Assembly: GCA_963796105.1 (NCBI GenBank)
Contig: CAWCKJ010000008.1
Coordinates: 128,001 to 192,000 of the forward strand
Origin: a candidate division FCPU426 bacterium
GTDB lineage: Bacteria; Oederibacteriota; Muellerivitia; Muellerivitales; Muellerivitaceae
DNA: 64,000 bases
Reading direction: 5' to 3'
Shown here: positions 1 through 12,867 of the stretch, piece after piece
Position numbering within the stretch: the first letter of the stretch is position 1
Layout of the letters: the number at the start of each line of letters is the position of its first letter
Translations under genes and position numbers: made by a program
The notes under the pieces: model-generated
Seen by the model: only the letters and a program-made list of their open reading frames with translations
What the model was told of the DNA's origin: nothing
Databases searched by the model: none

Positions 1-810
1 CGAAGACCTAAAAATAACGCTATTATCGCAAAAATCAGTGGGACCGTTAATTTTGGTACTGCCTCAAAGGGCTATCAAAGAGTAATTATTGCAAATACTG
101 AGGGTAAAAAGACAATCGAGGAAGAATACGCGATACCCTATGGTAAGCATTTAAATGTTCATGAAAGTGATTATGTTCGGGCCGGGGATGCTTTGACCGA
201 TGGACCAATAGATCCTCACGATATCTTGGAAGTACAAGGTGAAGCAGCGGTACAAGAATATTTATTAAGCAAGGTTCAAGAAGTATATCGGCTTCAAGGT
301 GTAAAAATTAACGACAAGCATATTGAAGTTATTGTCAGGCAAATGATGAGAAAAGTACTTATTCAGGAAGCTGGGGATACTGAATTCTTGCCCAAACAAC
401 AAATTGACAAGGGGAAATTCAGTAAGGAAAATGACAAAATACAAGACAAGGATGGAAAAATATCTACGGCAAGGCCGCTTTTATTGGGAATTACTAAAGC
501 ATCTTTGGGAACGGAAAGTTTTATTTCCGCAGCGAGTTTTCAGGAAACGACAAAGGTTTTAACTGAGGCAGCTGTTTCTGGAAAAATTGATGAATTACGT
601 GGTCTCAAAGAGAATGTGATAATGGGGCATTTAATTCCAGCTGGGACTGGAAGCCCCTCTTATCGGGCATTGAAAATTAAAGTTGATGAATTAGATGAAG
701 AATTACCCGCCGGTATAACTGCAACTCAGCAAACGGCTGAATTTATTGAGGAAAATGAATTTAAAGGTGAAGAAGCTTTTTTGAATAAAAAAAGCCTTGA
801 CCAAACATAA
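1..810 (+). CDS. rpoC: RNA polymerase beta' subunit, 3' part (5'-truncated by window)
   Basis: Frame open from base 1; motifs [50 protein letters not shown]. Confidence 0.98.
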   Translation, partial: RRPKNNAIIAKISGTVNFGTASKGYQRVIIANTEGKKTIEEEYAIPYGKHLNVHESDYVRAGDALTDGPIDPHDILEVQGEAAVQEYLLSKVQEVYRLQGVKINDKHIEVIVRQMMRKVLIQEAGDTEFLPKQQIDKGKFSKENDKIQDKDGKISTARPLLLGITKASLGTESFISAASFQETTKVLTEAAVSGKIDELRGLKENVIMGHLIPAGTGSPSYRALKIKVDELDEELPAGITATQQTAEFIEENEFKGEEAFLNKKSLDQT

Positions 811-825
811 GCGTTTTGATAGCCT
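797..825 (+). promoter_or_regulatory. Putative sigma70 promoter for the str operon leader
   Basis: TTGACC (797-802), 17 bp spacer, TAGCCT (820-825) with an extended TG. Confidence 0.5.
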
Positions 826-990
826 TCCCGTCTGCGTTTTTACATCGATAAGGCTAGACGTAGTTGAAAATCCTCCTTTTGAATGGAAATTTAAGTTTCA
901 TTTTCATTCAAAATGGTGAGCCAGAGGAGGGCTTTGCTTAAGGAATCCTACCGGGGATGATACCTGGGTTGGGAAAAAGAATTCTTACTT

Positions 991-1027
991 GGCAAAGACA
1001 GAGCTCATTGTCTTTGCCTTTTTTTTT
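991..1027 (+). terminator. Intrinsic terminator/attenuator immediately upstream of rpsL
   Basis: Perfect 10-bp stem GGCAAAGACA/TGTCTTTGCC, 8-nt loop, then 9 T. Confidence 0.85.
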
Positions 1028-1045
1028 AAAAATTTGGAGGATTAT

Positions 1046-1438
1046 TTGCCAACGTTAAATCAATTGGTCCGATTAGGCCGGGAAAAAAATAAACATAAAA
1101 CAAAATCGCCAGCTCTAAAGGCATGCCCTCAAAGACGCGGTGTTTGTGTAAAAGTTGCGACGATGACCCCTAAAAAACCTAATTCGGCTTTGAGAAAAAT
1201 TGCTAGGGTTCGTTTAACAAATGGAATGGAGGTTACCTGTTATATTCCGGGAGTGGGGCACAATTTACAAGAACATTCGATTGTTTTAATCCGGGGCGGA
1301 CGCGTAAAGGACCTTCCGGGAGTTCGTTATCACATTATCCGTGGAACGCTAGACGCTGCTGGGGTTGTGGATAGAAAACAAGGGCGTTCTAAATATGGTA
1401 TGAAGCGACCCAAAAAAGAGACGCTTCCGAAAGGTTAA
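1046..1438 (+). CDS. rpsL: 30S ribosomal protein S12 (TTG start after GGAGG)
   Basis: [30 protein letters not shown]; the ORF-track start at 989 runs through the terminator. Confidence 0.98.
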   Translation: MPTLNQLVRLGREKNKHKTKSPALKACPQRRGVCVKVATMTPKKPNSALRKIARVRLTNGMEVTCYIPGVGHNLQEHSIVLIRGGRVKDLPGVRYHIIRGTLDAAGVVDRKQGRSKYGMKRPKKETLPKG

Positions 1439-1447
1439 GGTGTTCTT

Positions 1448-1918
1448 ATGCCTCGCAGAAAAGTTGCTGCCCAAAGAGAAGTGCTTTCAGATTCCCGATA
1501 TAACAATAAACTTGTTACGAAATTCATAAATTCAATGATGTATAACGGAAAAAAAATGGTGGCTTCGCGAAGTTTTTATGATGCTATGGATATTTTAGGG
1601 CAGAAACATGGTGAAGGGGCGTTAAATGTTTTTAAAACGGCGATAGATAATGTAAAGCCTGTTTTGGAAGTCAAATCAAGGCGAGTTGGTGGCGCCACTT
1701 ATCAAGTACCTGTCGAGATTCGACCTGAGCGTAGAACTTCACTAGCAATTCGATGGATTCTTATAGCTGCCCGTGCGAGAAAAGAAAAAACAATCGCAGA
1801 AAAATTAGCTGCCGAATTAACGGATGCATTTAAAAATCAAGGTGTTTCGATAAAGAAAAAAGAAGATACTCATAAAATGGCGGAAGCTAATCAAGCTTTT
1901 GCTCATTATCGTTGGTAA
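1448..1918 (+). CDS. rpsG: 30S ribosomal protein S7
   Basis: [32 protein letters not shown]. Confidence 0.98.
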   Translation: MPRRKVAAQREVLSDSRYNNKLVTKFINSMMYNGKKMVASRSFYDAMDILGQKHGEGALNVFKTAIDNVKPVLEVKSRRVGGATYQVPVEIRPERRTSLAIRWILIAARARKEKTIAEKLAAELTDAFKNQGVSIKKKEDTHKMAEANQAFAHYRW

Positions 1919-1930
1919 CCGAGGAAGAAA

Positions 1931-4009
1931 TTGCCGAGACCTATACCATTAGCGAAAACCAGAAATATTGGAATCATGGCTCATATAGATGCTGGCAAAA
2001 CCACTTTAACCGAACGTATTCTTTATTACACTGGGAGGACTCACAAAATCGGCGAAGTGCATGATGGGACTGCCACCATGGATTGGATGCCGCAAGAACA
2101 GGAACGAGGGATAACTATTACTTCGGCGGCTACTACTTGTTTTTGGAAAAATCATCGTATCAATATTATTGATACTCCTGGCCACGTTGATTTTACAATA
2201 GAAGTTGAAAGATCATTGAGGGTTTTGGATGGCGCCATTGGTGTTTTTGGTGCTGTCGAAGGGGTGGAGCCGCAATCTGAAACTGTTTGGCGGCAAGCTA
2301 CTCGTTATGGAGTCCCGCGTATTGCGTTCGTGAATAAGATGGATCGCATTGGAGCTGATTATTTCAGCGCGATCGATCAAATGAAAAAGAAGCTGAATGC
2401 CAATGCTCACCCGTTAACTTTACCTGTCGGCGCAGAAGAAAAATTTGATGGAATTATTCATCTTGTTGAAATGAAAAGATACCGTTGGCTTGATGACAAT
2501 CTTGGCGCTCAATTTGAGATTGAGGAAATCCCGGAAGAAATGAAACAAATGGCGCAGGAATATCGCCAACAGTTATTAGAAGCTGTTGCCGAGTTTGATG
2601 ATGTGGTAATGCAAAAATATCTTGATGGAAAGCCAGTTACTGGAGAAGAACTTAATAATTGCATTCGTAAAGGGACAATCCAAAATAAGTTCAATCCGGT
2701 ATTTTGTGGATCTGCTTTTAAAAATAAGGGAGTTCAGCCTTTGTTGGATGCGGTGTTGGCTTATTTGCCTTCACCAATAGATATACCTCCTGTAAAGGGT
2801 CACAATCCAGAGACGAACGCTGAGGAGATTAGAGAAACAAGTGATGAAGCTCCATTTTCAAGTTTGGCTTTTAAAATAATGACCGATCCACATGTTGGAA
2901 AACTTGTTTATTTTAGGGTTTATTCTGGGGTTCTTTCAACTGGTTCATATGTTTACAATTCAACCAAGGGAAGTAGAGAAAGAATTGGAAGATTGTTGCA
3001 AATGCACGCAAATAAACGCGAGGAAATTAAAGAAGTGCATGCTGGAGATATTGCTGCAACAGTTGGTATAAAAGCTATTACCACTGGGGATACGCTTTGT
3101 GATGAGAATAAGTCCATTGTTTTGGAAAGAATGGTATTTCCTGATCCGGTCATTTCCGTTGCTATCGAGCCTAAAACTAAAGCTGATCAGGAAAAATTGG
3201 GTTTGGCATTGAGCAAGCTAGCCGAAGAAGACCCATCCTTTAGGGTGAAAACGGATGAAGAAACAAGTCAGACAATAATACAAGGAATGGGAGAGCTTCA
3301 CCTTGAGATTATTGTGGACCGAATGATGCGAGAATTTAATGTTCAAGCCAACGTTGGAAAGCCCCAGGTCGCATATCGGGAAACTATTAGGAAGAGTGTT
3401 GAGGCCGAGGGGAAATATATTCGTCAAACGGGGGGGAGAGGTCAATACGGACATGTTTTCATTACCATGGAGCCACAAGAACCTGGTAAGGGCATAGAGT
3501 TTAAAAACGCTATCGTTGGTGGCACTGTTCCAAAGGAATATATCCCCGCCATTCAAAAAGGCATTGATGAAGCAAAAGATACGGGTGTTCTTGCTGGGTA
3601 TCCAGTGGTGGATTTTAAAGTTACCCTAACAGATGGTTCATACCATGAAGTGGATTCATCTGAAATGGCGTTTAAGATTGCGGCATCTATGGCTTTTAAA
3701 GAAGCTATGCGCAAAGCAGATCCCATCATTTTAGAACCAGTTATGGATGTTGAAGTAGTTACTCCAGAAGATTTTATGGGTGCTGTTATGGGGGATCTTC
3801 AATCTAAAAGAGGAAAAATAGAAGGAATGGAATTGCGCGGCCAAATGCAAACCATCCGGTCGAAAGTGCCTTTGTCTGAAATGTTTGGCTATTCCACAAA
3901 TTTGCGTTCAATGAGTCAAGGAAGAGCAACGTATACAATGCAGTTCGCACATTATGAGGAAACGCCTCGATCAATTCAGCAGGAAATAATTGCTAAAGTA
4001 AAAGGTTAA
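1931..4009 (+). CDS. fusA: Elongation factor G
   Basis: [29 protein letters not shown]; 692 aa. Confidence 0.99.
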   Translation: MPRPIPLAKTRNIGIMAHIDAGKTTLTERILYYTGRTHKIGEVHDGTATMDWMPQEQERGITITSAATTCFWKNHRINIIDTPGHVDFTIEVERSLRVLDGAIGVFGAVEGVEPQSETVWRQATRYGVPRIAFVNKMDRIGADYFSAIDQMKKKLNANAHPLTLPVGAEEKFDGIIHLVEMKRYRWLDDNLGAQFEIEEIPEEMKQMAQEYRQQLLEAVAEFDDVVMQKYLDGKPVTGEELNNCIRKGTIQNKFNPVFCGSAFKNKGVQPLLDAVLAYLPSPIDIPPVKGHNPETNAEEIRETSDEAPFSSLAFKIMTDPHVGKLVYFRVYSGVLSTGSYVYNSTKGSRERIGRLLQMHANKREEIKEVHAGDIAATVGIKAITTGDTLCDENKSIVLERMVFPDPVISVAIEPKTKADQEKLGLALSKLAEEDPSFRVKTDEETSQTIIQGMGELHLEIIVDRMMREFNVQANVGKPQVAYRETIRKSVEAEGKYIRQTGGRGQYGHVFITMEPQEPGKGIEFKNAIVGGTVPKEYIPAIQKGIDEAKDTGVLAGYPVVDFKVTLTDGSYHEVDSSEMAFKIAASMAFKEAMRKADPIILEPVMDVEVVTPEDFMGAVMGDLQSKRGKIEGMELRGQMQTIRSKVPLSEMFGYSTNLRSMSQGRATYTMQFAHYEETPRSIQQEIIAKVKG

Positions 4010-4051
4010 TTAAGTACACTGAAACAGTTTGAATGAAAAGGAGGCGAATAA

Positions 4052-5242
<1,191 letters not shown>

Positions 5243-5272
5243 AGATTAAAAGAAATAATGAGGTAGGGAATA

Positions 5273-5590
5273 ATGGCCACGGCCACAAGTCAGAAAATCA
5301 GGATTAAGTTAAAGGCTTATGATCATAGATTATTGGATCGATCAACGGTTGAGATTATTGAAACGGTTCGGCGTACAGGTGCTGTTGTATTAGGCCCTGT
5401 GCCTCTCCCGACAGATATTAATCGTTATACGGTATTAAGAAGTCCGCATGTTGATAAGAAATCAAGGGAGCAGTTTGAGATACGAACACATAAAAGACTT
5501 GTTGATATTGTTAATCCAAACCAAAGAACAATAGATGCATTAATGAAACTTGATTTGCCGGCTGGTGTCGATGTCGAGATTAAACTGTAG
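5273..5590 (+). CDS. rpsJ: 30S ribosomal protein S10
   Basis: [24 protein letters not shown]. Confidence 0.98.
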   Translation: MATATSQKIRIKLKAYDHRLLDRSTVEIIETVRRTGAVVLGPVPLPTDINRYTVLRSPHVDKKSREQFEIRTHKRLVDIVNPNQRTIDALMKLDLPAGVDVEIKL

Positions 5591-5601
5591 AGGAAATTTT
5601 A

Positions 5602-6240
5602 ATGAGCGAAATATTACAGACATTAATTGGCAAAAAATTGGGACAAACGACTTTTTTTGAAGAAAGCGGAAAGGCAAGTCAAGTTACTGTATTGGAAATC
5701 GGGCCTTGTATTGTAATTCAAAAAAAGACGATAGAAAATGAAAGCTATAATGCTGTTCAAATTGGATTTAAAGAAAATAAAGAAAAACATACAACTAAAT
5801 CGCTTCAGGGCCATTATAAAAAATCTGGCGCGACGCCCAAGGTGGTTTTAAAAGAAGTGAGAATACAAGATCCTTCCCAGTACCAAGTCGGACAAATCTT
5901 GACTGTCGAGAACTTGAAAAATATAAATTGGGTTGATGTAACTGGGATTTCCAAAGGAAAAGGATTTCAAGGAGTTGTTCGTAGGCATGGATTTAAGGGT
6001 GGCAGGAATTCCCACGGAAGTATGTTTCATAGAGCGCCGGGTGGCATTGGTGCGTCTTCAGATCCTTCGCGTGTTTATCCCGGGAATAGAATGCCCGGCC
6101 ACATGGGAACTCAAAAAAATACTGTTTTAAATTTGAAAGTGATTAGGGTCGACATGGACAACCAGTTGTTATTTGTGAGAGGCGCTGTTCCTGGGGCTTG
6201 TGGTGGAACTGTCATGGTTCGTCCGAGTATAAAAAAATAA
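5602..6240 (+). CDS. rplC: 50S ribosomal protein L3
   Basis: GKKLG, SKGKGFQGVVRRHGF, RMPGHMG. Confidence 0.97.
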   Translation: MSEILQTLIGKKLGQTTFFEESGKASQVTVLEIGPCIVIQKKTIENESYNAVQIGFKENKEKHTTKSLQGHYKKSGATPKVVLKEVRIQDPSQYQVGQILTVENLKNINWVDVTGISKGKGFQGVVRRHGFKGGRNSHGSMFHRAPGGIGASSDPSRVYPGNRMPGHMGTQKNTVLNLKVIRVDMDNQLLFVRGAVPGACGGTVMVRPSIKK

Positions 6241-6251
6241 GGTGAAAATCT

Positions 6252-6893
6252 ATGCCTAAAACGACAGTTTTTAATTTGAACGGTCAATCCACAGAACAAT
6301 TGGAATTGCCTGAAAAATTATTCGGTTTGAAACCACGGGTACATCATTTATGGAGGGGCGTAACAACTTATTTGTCGAATCAACGATTAGGAACAGTAAA
6401 GACGAAGCGCAAAGGGGAAGTTTCGGGTGGTGGTAAAAAGCCCTTTAAACAAAAAGGAACTGGTAATGCCCGCCAAGGATCAATTCGTGCTGTTCAATTT
6501 GTTGGTGGGGGCATTGCGCATGGACCAAAGCCGAGAGATTATTCACTTGGTTTTTCAAAAAAAATGAAACGGCAATGTTTGGCTGAATCCCTTTCCGATA
6601 AAGCAGCTCAAGGAAAAGTTATTGTTATGGAGAGTCTGAATTTTGGTACTCCTAAAACTAAGCAAGCAATAAGTGTGCTGAAGCATTTAGGCATTTATGG
6701 GAAAAAATGTTTAATTATTTTAGGGCATTCTAATTTACCTACTTTTAATAGTTTTCGTAATATTCCTACAGTTACGGTTATTTCGAATGAAAATTTAAAT
6801 ATTTATGAGGTAATAAATCATGACGTCGTGTTATTGACAAAAGATTCGTTAAATAAACTAACTTTTCTAAATTCTCAGGCGAGGAAAGTATGA
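6252..6893 (+). CDS. rplD: 50S ribosomal protein L4
   Basis: GEVSGGGKKPFKQKGTGNARQGS. Confidence 0.97.
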   Translation: MPKTTVFNLNGQSTEQLELPEKLFGLKPRVHHLWRGVTTYLSNQRLGTVKTKRKGEVSGGGKKPFKQKGTGNARQGSIRAVQFVGGGIAHGPKPRDYSLGFSKKMKRQCLAESLSDKAAQGKVIVMESLNFGTPKTKQAISVLKHLGIYGKKCLIILGHSNLPTFNSFRNIPTVTVISNENLNIYEVINHDVVLLTKDSLNKLTFLNSQARKV

Positions 6894-7186
6894 AAAAAAA
6901 AGAAGAAGTTATTATTCGGCCATTGATCACCGAGAGAAGCACTGCTCTTCGTGAAAAAGGAAAATATTGTTTTGAGGTTCATCCAAATTCCACAAAAAAA
7001 GAGATTAAGGAAGCTGTGGAAAAAATTTTTAAAAAAGAAAAAATAAATGTTTTGAAGGTTAATACTATGAAGATTTCTGGAAAACTTAGACGTTTTGGGA
7101 AAAATCTATCCAAATCTTTTCGCTGGAAAAAAGCATTTGTTACTCTTAAACCTGGTCAAAAATTAGAATTTTTTGAAGGGGCCTAA
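6890..7186 (+). CDS. rplW: 50S ribosomal protein L23
   Basis: [18 protein letters not shown]; position in S10 operon. Confidence 0.95.
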   Translation: MKKKEEVIIRPLITERSTALREKGKYCFEVHPNSTKKEIKEAVEKIFKKEKINVLKVNTMKISGKLRRFGKNLSKSFRWKKAFVTLKPGQKLEFFEGA

Positions 7187-7188
7187 AA

Positions 7189-8013
7189 ATGCCGATTCGA
7201 TTTTATAAACCAACTTCACCGGGTAGAAGGGCTATGACTGCGGTAAGCGCAGAAAATTTGTCTAAAAAAAGACCCGAGAAAAATCTGACAGTATCCATAA
7301 ATAAAACTGGTGGTCGTAACATGTATGGCCGCATTACCAGCAGACACCGCGGGGCAGGTCATAAGCGTAGATACCGTTTATTGGATTTTGAGAGGAATAA
7401 ATCAGGAATGCGGGGAAAAGTATTGGCTTTAGAATATGACCCGAACAGAACATCTAGGATTGCCCTGGTTCAGTACGCTGATGGTGAAAAAAAATATATT
7501 ATTGCCCCGGATGGTTTGAAAAAAGGTGATCCAATTTTCTCGGGTTCAGGTGCAGACGTTAAACCAGGGTATTCAATGAAATTGAAAGATATACCATTGG
7601 GTACGATGATCCATAATATTGAAATTAAGCCCGGTAAAGGTGGTCAATTAGTACGTTCTGCTGGGGCGGTTGCACAGTTAATGGCGAGGGAGGGAAGCTA
7701 TGCGACTATTAAATTGCCATCAGGAGAAATTCGGAAAATACACATTGAGTGTAATGCTTCTGTGGGCCAGGTTGGAAATATTGAACATATTAACGTAAGC
7801 ATAGGTAAAGCGGGACGAATGAGATGGATGGGAGAAAGGCCACAATCTAGAGGAGTTGTGACTCGTCCTGGAGACGGACATCCCATGGGAGGAGGCGAAG
7901 GCAAATCTTCCGGAGGAAGACATCCTACAACACCCTGGGGAAAACCGACAAAAGGTTATAAAACACGTCAAAACAAATTAACTGAAAAATTCATTTTAAA
8001 ACATCGTAAATAA
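7189..8013 (+). CDS. rplB: 50S ribosomal protein L2
   Basis: [28 protein letters not shown]. Confidence 0.98.
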   Translation: MPIRFYKPTSPGRRAMTAVSAENLSKKRPEKNLTVSINKTGGRNMYGRITSRHRGAGHKRRYRLLDFERNKSGMRGKVLALEYDPNRTSRIALVQYADGEKKYIIAPDGLKKGDPIFSGSGADVKPGYSMKLKDIPLGTMIHNIEIKPGKGGQLVRSAGAVAQLMAREGSYATIKLPSGEIRKIHIECNASVGQVGNIEHINVSIGKAGRMRWMGERPQSRGVVTRPGDGHPMGGGEGKSSGGRHPTTPWGKPTKGYKTRQNKLTEKFILKHRK

Positions 8014-8037
8014 ACTTACTAATAAGAGGTTTGAACA

Positions 8038-8325
8038 ATGGGACGATCACTGAAAAAGGGGCCATATGTCACTTTAAAACTTTTGAAAATTGTTCAAAAA
8101 ATGAATAGAGTCGGGGATAAAAAGGTGATTAAGACATATTACAGGAGATCCTCAATCCATCCAGAAATGGTTGGGCATACTTTTGCGATTCATAATGGGA
8201 AAAAATTCATTCCTGTGTTTATCACCGAAAATATGGTAGGCCATAAACTCGGTGAATTTTCCCCGACAAGAACTTTTAAGGCTCATGGCGTTGTTAAAAC
8301 AGAAAAGGCAGTTGCGCTTAAGTGA
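8038..8325 (+). CDS. rpsS: 30S ribosomal protein S19
   Basis: [22 protein letters not shown]. Confidence 0.98.
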   Translation: MGRSLKKGPYVTLKLLKIVQKMNRVGDKKVIKTYYRRSSIHPEMVGHTFAIHNGKKFIPVFITENMVGHKLGEFSPTRTFKAHGVVKTEKAVALK

Positions 8326-8350
8326 AAATGTAATTAAGTGAGGTTTTTTA

Positions 8351-8701
8351 ATGCAAGCAAAGGCGATTTCCAGGTTTACGAGGCTAACTCCTCGAAAAGC
8401 AAGGCAAGTAGTTAATTTAGTAAGGAAAAAAAAAGTTGTTGATGCGTTAAATATTTTGGCATTTACAAAAAAAAGAGCTGCTACCGAAATTGCGAAAATC
8501 ATTAAAGCGGCAGTATCCAATGCGGGGCAAAAAAACCGAGTGGATGTGGATAAGCTTTTTATTAAATCTATCCAGGTTGATGGTGGCCCTATGCTTCAAA
8601 ATGTCCGGCGTTTTATACCTCGGGCCATGGGAAGGGCTAGTTTAATTCATAAAAGAACAAGTCACATACAGGTTATTGTGTCCGACGAGAGTAAAAATTG
8701 A
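8351..8701 (+). CDS. rplV: 50S ribosomal protein L22
   Basis: TPRKARQV, PRAMGRA, KRTSHI. Confidence 0.97.
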   Translation: MQAKAISRFTRLTPRKARQVVNLVRKKKVVDALNILAFTKKRAATEIAKIIKAAVSNAGQKNRVDVDKLFIKSIQVDGGPMLQNVRRFIPRAMGRASLIHKRTSHIQVIVSDESKN

Positions 8702-8725
8702 TTGTAAAAAAATACGGAGGGTCTC

Positions 8726-9460
8726 TTGGGTCAGAAAATTAACCCGATTGGTTTAAGGGTAGGAATTATCAAAGATTGGGAATCATTGTGGTTTATTGCA
8801 AAGAAAAAAAATTATACATCAACCCTTCTTGAGGACATAGAGATACGAAGATTCGTTAAATTAAGATTAAAACATGCAGGAATTGCAAAAGTTATATTGA
8901 AAAGAAAAGGAGAAATGGTTGAGGTGGATATATTTGCATCCCGGCCGGGAATAGTTATAGGGAAAAAAGGTTCGGAAGTAGATAAGTTGAAAGAAGAATT
9001 GCAGAGATTCACAAAAAAAGAAATACGCATAAACATTAATGAGGAAAAGCACTCTGAAACAAATGCCCAATTGATAGCTGAAAACGTAGCGGGACAGCTT
9101 GAAAAAAGGGTTGCGTTTCGAAGAGCAATGAAAAAATGCATTCAAAGTGCATTGGATGGTGGGGCTAAGGGTATAAAAATAATGTGTTCTGGCCGTTTAG
9201 CAGGAGCTGAAATTGCTCGTAGCGAATGGTATCGGGAAGGTCGAGTTCCACTTCATACTTTAAGAGCGGATATCGACTTTGGAATTACTGTGGCAAACAC
9301 CACTTTTGGAACAATTGGAGTGAAGTGCTGGGTTTTTAAACGCGAAATATTTGGCCTTAAAGAAAAGTTCATGGAAGATACCGCAACCTCTAAACCAAAA
9401 CCAATAGGAAAAGATCGTAAAAATAGTAATCGCGATCTTAATCTGAAAGCTAATAATTAA
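8726..9460 (+). CDS. rpsC: 30S ribosomal protein S3 (TTG start)
   Basis: GQKINPIGLR, GRLAGAEIAR, GRVPLHTLRADID. Confidence 0.98.
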   Translation: MGQKINPIGLRVGIIKDWESLWFIAKKKNYTSTLLEDIEIRRFVKLRLKHAGIAKVILKRKGEMVEVDIFASRPGIVIGKKGSEVDKLKEELQRFTKKEIRININEEKHSETNAQLIAENVAGQLEKRVAFRRAMKKCIQSALDGGAKGIKIMCSGRLAGAEIARSEWYREGRVPLHTLRADIDFGITVANTTFGTIGVKCWVFKREIFGLKEKFMEDTATSKPKPIGKDRKNSNRDLNLKANN

Positions 9461-9475
9461 ATAAGGAATGAATTC

Positions 9476-9901
9476 ATGCTGATGCCAAAGCGAGTTAAAT
9501 ACAGAAAAACGATGAAGGGGAGGATGAGGGGAAAAGCAAAAAATGGTTTTTCTTTTGCTTTTGGTGAATACGCTTTGAAATCTGAAAGTGCTAGTTATGT
9601 TACTGACCGTCAAATTGAGGCTGCGCGAGTAGCGATTAACCGGCACATGAAAAGAGTTGGAAAGTTATGGGTACGTATATTCCCCGATAAGCCTATTACT
9701 CGTAAACCAGCTGAGGTTCGAATGGGGGGTGGAAAAGGTGCTCCTGATCATTGGGCTGCTGTAGTAAAGCCTGGGAGAATATTGTTTGAAGTAAGTGGAT
9801 GCCCAGAACCCATAGTTCGCGAGGCGTTTGAGCTTGCAGCGCATAAACTTCCAGTCATGACAAAATATATTAAAAGGGTTAATGCCGGAGGTCTTTCATG
9901 A
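9476..9901 (+). CDS. rplP: 50S ribosomal protein L16
   Basis: [20 protein letters not shown]. Confidence 0.98.
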   Translation: MLMPKRVKYRKTMKGRMRGKAKNGFSFAFGEYALKSESASYVTDRQIEAARVAINRHMKRVGKLWVRIFPDKPITRKPAEVRMGGGKGAPDHWAAVVKPGRILFEVSGCPEPIVREAFELAAHKLPVMTKYIKRVNAGGLS

Positions 9902-10107
9902 AAATAAAAGAAATTCGTGAATTGAATGTTGAACAATTAAAACAGCAGTTGATTTCTAAAGAAGAGGAATTATTCAATTTGAAAATACAGCTATCAACAA
10001 AACAATTAGAAAATCCGATGAAGATACGCGAAGCGAGGCGTCATATTGCGCGTTTGAAAACTATTCTGAAAATTAAAGAAAAAGGTTCAAGAATTGAGAG
10101 GAGCTAA
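9898..10107 (+). CDS. rpmC: 50S ribosomal protein L29
   Basis: [20 protein letters not shown]; synteny. Confidence 0.95.
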   Translation: MKIKEIRELNVEQLKQQLISKEEELFNLKIQLSTKQLENPMKIREARRHIARLKTILKIKEKGSRIERS

Positions 10108-10114
10108 GTCTTTG

Positions 10115-10402
10115 ATGAAACCAAAAAAAGATATTAAGGGACCTCGTTTAAAAAAGGCAATTGTTTTGAGCCGCAATATGGACAAAACGGCTATAGTTTT
10201 AATTGAAGGCGTTGTGAAACATTCTTTTTATAAAAAATTGGTAAGAAAACGAAGTAAATTTAAAATCCATGATCCGAAGAATGAAACCAATAAAGGGGAT
10301 ATCATTCTAATCTCCGAGACTCGCCCCATCAGCGCTGAAAAACATTGGCGGCTGGTAAAAATATTAAAGAAGGCAGTCGAGATCCAGGAGGCCCTATTAT
10401 GA
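10115..10402 (+). CDS. rpsQ: 30S ribosomal protein S17
   Basis: [22 protein letters not shown]; start taken at ATG after GAGGAG. Confidence 0.94.
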   Translation: MKPKKDIKGPRLKKAIVLSRNMDKTAIVLIEGVVKHSFYKKLVRKRSKFKIHDPKNETNKGDIILISETRPISAEKHWRLVKILKKAVEIQEALL

Positions 10403-10767
10403 TAATGCCTCAAACTATGTTAACTGTTGCTGACAATAGCGGCGCCACAAAGATAATGTGTATCCATGTTTTAGGCGGAACAAAAAGACGATATGCGTCC
10501 ATTGGTGACATTATTGTTGCTGCCGTAAAGGAAGCGATTCCGGGCGCCGGAGTAAAAAAGAGCGAAGTGGTAAAGGCTGTTGTAGTTCGGCAGAAACGTG
10601 TTTATACCCGTCCCGATGGCTCAAATATACGTTTTGATGAAAATGCCGCAGTTATTATTAATGATCAAATGAATCCGCGAGGGACGAGAATTTTTGGTCC
10701 AGTAACTAGAGAATTGAGGGAAAAAAATTTCATGAAAATAATATCTTTAGCTCCGGAGGTTTTATAG
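10399..10767 (+). CDS. rplN: 50S ribosomal protein L14
   Basis: [27 protein letters not shown]; start at ATG 10399 after AGGAGG. Confidence 0.98.
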   Translation: MIMPQTMLTVADNSGATKIMCIHVLGGTKRRYASIGDIIVAAVKEAIPGAGVKKSEVVKAVVVRQKRVYTRPDGSNIRFDENAAVIINDQMNPRGTRIFGPVTRELREKNFMKIISLAPEVL

Positions 10768-10770
10768 GCC

Positions 10771-11091
10771 ATGCATGTACACCGTGATGACACAGTGTTG
10801 GTATTAACCGGAAAAGACAGAGGGAAAAAAGGCCGGATTATCCGTTTATTCCCGTTAAAAAATAAGGCTTTGATTGAAAAAATCAATATGGTTAAAAGAC
10901 ACACGAGGCCCAATCAACAAATGCCCCAGGGTGGAATTGTTGAAAAAGAATCACCCATACACATATCAAATTTAAAAGTCATATGTTCTAAGTGCGGAAA
11001 ACCAACACGTGTTGGATATAAAAAATTAAATGAAAATAAATCAACCAGAATATGTAAAAAATGCGGGGAAATTCTGGATAGGGAAAAGTAA
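10771..11091 (+). CDS. rplX: 50S ribosomal protein L24
   Basis: [29 protein letters not shown]. Confidence 0.97.
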   Translation: MHVHRDDTVLVLTGKDRGKKGRIIRLFPLKNKALIEKINMVKRHTRPNQQMPQGGIVEKESPIHISNLKVICSKCGKPTRVGYKKLNENKSTRICKKCGEILDREK

Positions 11092-11092
11092 G

Positions 11093-11644
11093 ATGAAAAA
11101 GACAATTATTAAAGAAAAATACGAAAAAGAAATAATACCAGCTTTGATGAAAAGATTTGATATTAAAAATATTATGAAAGTTCCTAAAGTAGAAAAAATA
11201 GTTATTAATATTTGTGTTGGCAAAGCTGCCTCGGAAAACAACATTAAACTGCTCGATATTGCGGTTGATGAATTAAAACTCATTAGCGGGCAAAAACCAG
11301 CAATTACTCGCTCGAAAAAGGCAATTTCCAATTTCAAACTTCGTGCTAATCAACCTTTGGGAGCAAAAGTAACATTAAGAGGGGAGCGAATGTATCAGTT
11401 TATGGAACGCTTATTTATGGTGGCGTTGCCAAGAATCCGGGATTTTAGAGGGGTTCCGACAAGGTCTTTTGATGGCAGAGGTAATTACACGCTTGGTTTG
11501 AAAGAACAGATAATATTTTTAGAAATTAATTTTGACAACGTTCAATCCATTCATGGCATGGATATTACTTTTACGACATCTACCCAAGATGACATGCAGG
11601 CAAAAGAACTATTAACCTTGCTGGGCATGCCTTTTAGAAATTAG
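11093..11644 (+). CDS. rplE: 50S ribosomal protein L5
   Basis: [29 protein letters not shown]; start moved to ATG 11093. Confidence 0.97.
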   Translation: MKKTIIKEKYEKEIIPALMKRFDIKNIMKVPKVEKIVINICVGKAASENNIKLLDIAVDELKLISGQKPAITRSKKAISNFKLRANQPLGAKVTLRGERMYQFMERLFMVALPRIRDFRGVPTRSFDGRGNYTLGLKEQIIFLEINFDNVQSIHGMDITFTTSTQDDMQAKELLTLLGMPFRN

Positions 11645-11652
11645 GAGATTTC

Positions 11653-11838
11653 ATGGCAAAGAAATGTTTGATAAATAAGCAAAAGTTGACGCCTAAGTTT
11701 AAGGTTAGGGCGTATCATCGTTGTAAACTTTGTGGACGTCCTCGGGGTTACTTGAGACGTTTTGGAATGTGTAGAATTTGTTTTAGGAACCTTGCGGGTG
11801 AAGGGAAAATACCTGGCGTGATTAAAGCTAGCTGGTAA
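11653..11838 (+). CDS. rpsN: 30S ribosomal protein S14, Zn-binding (type Z)
   Basis: 61 aa, RCKLCGRPR...MCRICFR. Confidence 0.97.
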   Translation: MAKKCLINKQKLTPKFKVRAYHRCKLCGRPRGYLRRFGMCRICFRNLAGEGKIPGVIKASW

Positions 11839-11854
11839 GAGGAGTAATTATATT

Positions 11855-12256
11855 ATGTCAATGACTGATCCGATTGCTGATATGTTGACCAGAATTCGTA
11901 ATGCTAATCACACATATAAGGAAAAAGTGGATGTGCCTTTTTCTAAATTGAAACTCGAAATTTCCAGAATACTTTCTGAAGAGGGGTTTATAAAGAATTA
12001 CAAAGTTGTAGAAGAGAAAGGAAAACCCTCTTTAATTCGAATTGTTATGAAATATGGAGATAATAGAGAAAGGGTCATTTCAACTATTAGCCGCATTAGC
12101 CGTTCAGGTAAGCGTTATTACGCCCAAAGAATGAACGTCCCAAAAGTAATTGGGGGCATGGGCATCGCCATTCTTTCAACATCAAAGGGAATTCTAACTG
12201 ATCAACAAGCTCGTCAACAGGGTGTTGGCGGCGAAGTACTCTGCTTGGTTCATTAA
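11855..12256 (+). CDS. rpsH: 30S ribosomal protein S8
   Basis: [20 protein letters not shown]. Confidence 0.98.
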   Translation: MSMTDPIADMLTRIRNANHTYKEKVDVPFSKLKLEISRILSEEGFIKNYKVVEEKGKPSLIRIVMKYGDNRERVISTISRISRSGKRYYAQRMNVPKVIGGMGIAILSTSKGILTDQQARQQGVGGEVLCLVH

Positions 12257-12278
12257 GTTCTAATCAAAGGGAGATTTT

Positions 12279-12851
12279 ATGGCGCGAATCGCCAAAAAAC
12301 CAATAAATATACCACCTGGCGTGAAAATCAAAATCGAGGGGAAGAAAGTTGTTGTGGAGGGATCAAAAGGTATTTTATCACATGATTTGCTACCTGGAAT
12401 TAAAGTAGCACTTACCGATAAAAATTTACTCGTTTCACCTGAACCCATAGAAAATGCCGATATGAAATTATTAAATGCTCGTCAAGGCTTAACTCACGCT
12501 TTAATTAAAAATATGGTTTTAGGCGTATCGTTTGGATTTGAAAAAAAACTGGAAATTCAAGGTGTGGGTTATCGTGCCTCATTAGATAAGGGTAAATTAA
12601 GCATGACTTTAGGATTCAGCCATCCAGTTCTTTTAGATTTACCCAAAGGCGTATCAGTGGAAATTGAAAAACAAACCCTATTAACGGTGAAAGGAATTGA
12701 CAAATATCAAGTGGGAGAAATGGCAGCGAAAATACGCCAATCAAAACCACCGGAAGTTTACAAAGGGACGGGTATTCGTTATCTGGGTGAATATGTAAGA
12801 AAGAAAGTTGGGAAAACAGGAGCCACCGGTAAAACGGATGGGGCGAAATAA
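12279..12851 (+). CDS. rplF: 50S ribosomal protein L6
   Basis: [24 protein letters not shown]. Confidence 0.97.
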   Translation: MARIAKKPINIPPGVKIKIEGKKVVVEGSKGILSHDLLPGIKVALTDKNLLVSPEPIENADMKLLNARQGLTHALIKNMVLGVSFGFEKKLEIQGVGYRASLDKGKLSMTLGFSHPVLLDLPKGVSVEIEKQTLLTVKGIDKYQVGEMAAKIRQSKPPEVYKGTGIRYLGEYVRKKVGKTGATGKTDGAK

Positions 12852-12867
12852 AAACAAGGGGCTAAAG

